Source: Cetorhinus maximus
Lineage: Eukaryota
Length of the DNA: 64,000 nucleotides
NCBI RefSeq assembly: GCF_964194155.1
Contig: NC_135892.1
Location: 79,174,001-79,238,000 of the forward strand
Direction of reading: 5' to 3'
Part shown: positions 59,951 to 64,000 of the stretch, piece by piece
How the letters are laid out: each line of letters opens with the position of its first letter
Position numbering within the stretch: position 1 is the first letter of the stretch
Position numbers and translations under genes: made by a program
Notes under the pieces: generated by a model
The model's input: the letters and a program-made list of their open reading frames with translations, nothing else
The model's database searches: none
What the model was told of the DNA's origin: nothing

Positions 59951-61511
59951 AATGATCCTTTCTGTAACTTTTTCTGTGAGTCTTTCTCTACTTGTGTCTA
60001 GTTTATTTCTTTAATTCTGTAATTCTTTTTGCGTCCTATTCCCACTCTCACATCTTTAATTCTTTTCTGTGTGTTTCGGACCTTTGTTTCTTGGAACCTT
60101 GATTACAGTAGATTAGTGTGCCATTACACCATGTCACAATAAGGGTTTGTTCTCTCCAAATTCCCCAGTGCATTCCTGATTTCTGAATCTTAAGGGTGGG
60201 GTTGGGGGTAGAGTTGTTCAGTCGAGGTGAGACATTTTCCGTAAAAAGGTAGGGAACACTGGAGGGCATCCCAATTTTGTTGTTCCAAACTTATAGTGGC
60301 TAATTATACAATACCATAAACAAAGGCATGTAACTGGTATACTATCGTGTCTTCATGGCCTTCATCACCGGTGTATGGTATAGGAAGATTTTTTAAAAGT
60401 ACTGAAAAACAAAATTAAACTCTGTATATTTTGCCTTTTGTTTTCTTCTATTTTAAGTTTCTTTCAATGCAATTCCTAGAGTAGTATCCTGAATATTCAG
60501 AGAATTGTAGGATAAAGTTTAGACTTCACTGTGCCACATTTTTGGCTTGTTTGAGCTAGACCTCCATTCAATTCCAGTATAAATACATCCATTTTGCAAT
60601 GAAATCCAAACAATCATTTTGGCCTCTTTTCCCGAGGCAAGATTTTGGCCCTGATATGGAGAATTGAATTGAGGCAGGCGGGTGTGTAAATTTGCATCGC
60701 TGGCCAGTTTGCCGGCATCATCCTACCCCCAGGCCATTTTCCTGGAGGCTGGATTGGAGGCAGAACTGCTACCTGCCCGCAAGTGACAGATAGCCAATTG
60801 AGTTAATTAAAAGGTAGTAACAGACAGCAGCTCGTTCCATACTGGAGGGCCTCCTATTGGCTCTCCAGTTTCGAAAGCTTGCCTGTCATTCTTAATTGGA
60901 CACCTAGCATGCCATTTAGCCACTAGTTGGACAATCTTGGCAAAATTGCTGTTGGATTGCTATGCATGACATAGTGCAGTTCGGGACCTGTATTTGACCC
61001 CAATGTCAGGGGACGACCTAAAACATGGAATCCTGCTGCTTATCTCAAAAGTAGTCAAAGTGCTAATTTTTGTTTACTGTAGCTACCGAAATAGTCACAC
61101 CACGGTCTGGTTCAAAGATTTCAGAATTCCTATTAGCACTTCTATGATAAGACTTGACTCTTATGTGATGTAGGTTTATTGGGCCACTCATGCAGAAAAT
61201 TTTACATTAAATTGGCCAATCATTTCAGAGTAAAAATAAGATACTAGACTTAGATCTGCATTAGTAACAGATTAAACATTTCATTTCCTGTTTTGATGTT
61301 GTATGTGCAGTGTGTAGTTGGTAGTTGTGTACAGTCTGCTCTACAGTCGATTTGAAAAAAATCTTCTAGTCAGATTTATATTTTTTTGTAAAGTAAGCAT
61401 CAACTTTTTCCCATCCTGGAAACTATTCGTAATTTGCAATGTAATTAAGCAATTCGTAAATTGCTTAAAGAATTAATATGGTTTCATTGGTTACTTTTTT
61501 TATTTTTATAG

Positions 61512-61560
61512 CGATGTACAGGCATTGAATGATTTTCTTCATGGACCTGGTAGTCAAGAA
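61512..61560 (+). CDS. BICRAL: BICRAL second coding exon (49 nt); gene continues beyond the window
   Basis: Acceptor TTTTTATAG|C. Reads (G)DVQALNDFLHGPGSQE, then donor GAA|GTAAGT. The phase-2 junction GG+C gives Gly, in frame with the previous exon. Confidence 0.9.
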
Positions 61561-62287
61561 GTAAGTATTTTTATGTTTACCGCTATGAATCATAATGCTT
61601 CTAAATTAACAATTAATACATCCATCGACATTTTATTGATTTCTTTGTCAAGTAGCCTTACATTAAGTGTATCTAGTATAAAATTTTAAAGCAAAAGTGA
61701 CCTTGGATCAAGTAGAATTGACAACTTGGTATATTTCTGCTTTTTTCTGATCAACAGAATTTAATAGTAACAGGATTAAAAACAAAATGATGACATAGTA
61801 TGTTGCCAGGATTCAAAAGGAGACAGTGTCTCTTAGGCTGCCGGTATAGCCAGTGTTGGTATAGCCAGAGCAAATTGGACAGCAAGTCAAAGCTGTTCTG
61901 TATTTTAAAAAGTGGCAGATTTCGAAAATCGGAGTTCAGCAAAGTCCCTAATAAAGTTTTCCTGAGTTTGTGATGGTCTTAACCCCCAAAGCAATACAGA
62001 CAAGTCTCAATCTCTGGGTACACATAATAACTTAAATTACTCAATGTTGACTTGTGTTAGCGTTCAGAGGGAATCTTTTGCCTGCCTGTGCTCCTTGACA
62101 TAACTGTCTCCCAAATCACTTACAACTGCACTTACACGTTCCCAATTGTCTAAATTTTGGCCCTCTATTTGGAGCATAGTGTTGGAGTATAGATACTCAT
62201 GAGGTTAATTGGCCCTGTTTGAATTGAGAGGCGGATGGAGAGAACATGTTCTGAGTCATTTTTAGGGGGTTGTATCATCGAGAGTAG

Positions 62288-64000
62288 TCAGTTCCTTACA
62301 GCAAAGCCTACATTAGGCTCACGTGTTTCCTCTGAGCTCCTCCCCTGCCAGATAAGCGTGTAATGTTTTGCTTTTAGTGATCCACTCATGGTGAGTCTGA
62401 TCTCTTTTAGGGAAGCTATGTCAATGTTCAGCCTATGAAGTTCCATGTCGATTACAGCTGTCTCGCGCGTGTTATCAACCAACTTCAAGTCGTCTGTCAA
62501 TCCCATACACGTGTCCTGGCGTTCCAGCTTGCCAATTGAAGAGTTGCCATCTTTTTTTCTTATTTGTTTTGTTAGTTTGTCTGGTGCGATGGATACTGTC
62601 CACTTGTTGAGCAGAGACTCTAAGCTCCAAGCTCCCATTAAAGCAGCTGGACCATGGCAGGTCAGCACCTTACTAGCCAGGGGCTTCCCGACTTGAGGTG
62701 GGCGATGGCTGACTAGTGGAATGCAATGGTCCCTCCTACTTTCTGAGACAGCCCTTGGCACCCGTTCCCTATGCCAGTCAAGTTGGACTTGCCACTCGTA
62801 ACTGCCGTCTCCTGTGTTGTGTTAACGCTTTGCAGTGAAACTGGAGTGCCCTGTTCAGGGCGCAAGCCTGGGCAAAATTTATGGAAACCCCGGGCTGCCT
62901 AAACGAGAGAGTCCCCCTCTCCGCCTCCCCGGTTTAGTCCAAAGGAATGCAAAGCACTGCCTTTGGCACTGGCTTGCTTGCAGGAGTTGCTGGAAAGGTG
63001 ACATATTTGGACATAGTCCACCTTTGAGCTCCAGTCCAAGTTTTTTGTCAGGGTTTACTCCTTTAGCCTTCAACTTTCCCAAGGTATCCATAAGGCAGTG
63101 GAGCTATTTGCACATGCTTGGAAGCTTGGTTCATGAGTGCTATGGTGTGTCCACATGCTGAAGAGTTTGCACGCTGCATGCCTGAGGGCCAAACCTCCTC
63201 CAAGTTCCTTTGAAACTTTAGCCTGCAGCCACAATGGACCCAGTTTCTGTGTGGTGCCGCGAGGAGGCAAAGCTGAGGACTTGCTGATGGAAAGGCTGTG
63301 TACTGACAGGGAGAGACTTACACATTTGGCTCTTTTTTTCGCATTGCTGCTAGCCAGCAGGTACAGGGGTGTAGGTAGAAAATGAGAAGCAAGCTAGCAC
63401 GCAAAAGTGGAAAGCGTACCTTCACCTACACAGTAAATGCATCACAGTGACCTGTAGGACACAGGCAGCTACCACAGTGCTGATTGCACCAGGGTTGGGA
63501 CGCAACCTTTGAAGTTTTTCATTCATCGCAGAAATGCTGCCCTCGTATCAACATTAACCATGCTACCTACCCAGATAAAAACCAACAGTTCCTCACCACG
63601 ATTGAACAGGTGCTCTCTGGCATTCCCATAGAGAGTGCAGAAGCGAAATGGAACATATTTCGAGAAACCGCCCAAAATACTGCTCTCTCAACAGATGGAA
63701 TTGCTGACTGGTTGGAGGCTAACATTACCATGATGGAACCTGTTATTGAAGCCAAATGGTCCACTCTCATTAACTGCAAGTGAAATTCTAGTGAGAAGAC
63801 TCTGAATGCACTAAGAGCCACTCGAAATAAAGTCCAACAGACTTATAGGCAGTGCGCCAATAACTACTGGTTGCAGCTTTGCCTGAATATCCAGATGTCT
63901 TTTGACACATGGGAATGCTAGGGCATGTATGAAGGGATCAAAAAAGCAACAGGTCCATCAGCAAAGAAAATGGCTCCATTGGAAACAAAAGCAGGGCAAC
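62288..64000. mobile_element. RTE-type LINE with inverted 5' part (- 62288 to about 63370; + about 63440-64000, runs off the window)
   Basis: Minus strand TRETAVIDMELHRLNIDIASLKEIRL...GSLKAKHYTLIWQG...VGFAVRN is an APE N-terminus. Plus strand SYHSADC...PRININH...WNIFRE...DWLEAN is the APE end and linker. Confidence 0.7.

Overview
Vertebrate (very likely shark/cartilaginous fish, judged from its repeat content) genomic DNA carrying the conserved PRPH2-TBCC-BICRAL block. On the minus strand are PRPH2 coding exons 1-2 (exon 3 not found, probably left of the window) and the intronless TBCC gene. On the plus strand are a CpG-island promoter, a candidate uORF-rich non-coding exon and the first two coding micro-exons of BICRAL, which the ORF track misses. 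Most of the rest is nested transposable elements: CR1, L2 and RTE LINEs, tRNA-derived SINEs, a decayed Gypsy, solo LTRs, a hairpin-rich MITE family with 3-bp TSDs, and Penelope-like elements (PLEs). The most notable signal is a recurrent minimal hammerhead-ribozyme motif in the PLE termini (at least 6 clear and 3 degenerate copies). Some copies sit in non-coding palindromic insertions with TSDs that carry one ribozyme motif per strand. TE family names and boundaries are from by-eye reading and are approximate unless a TSD is quoted.
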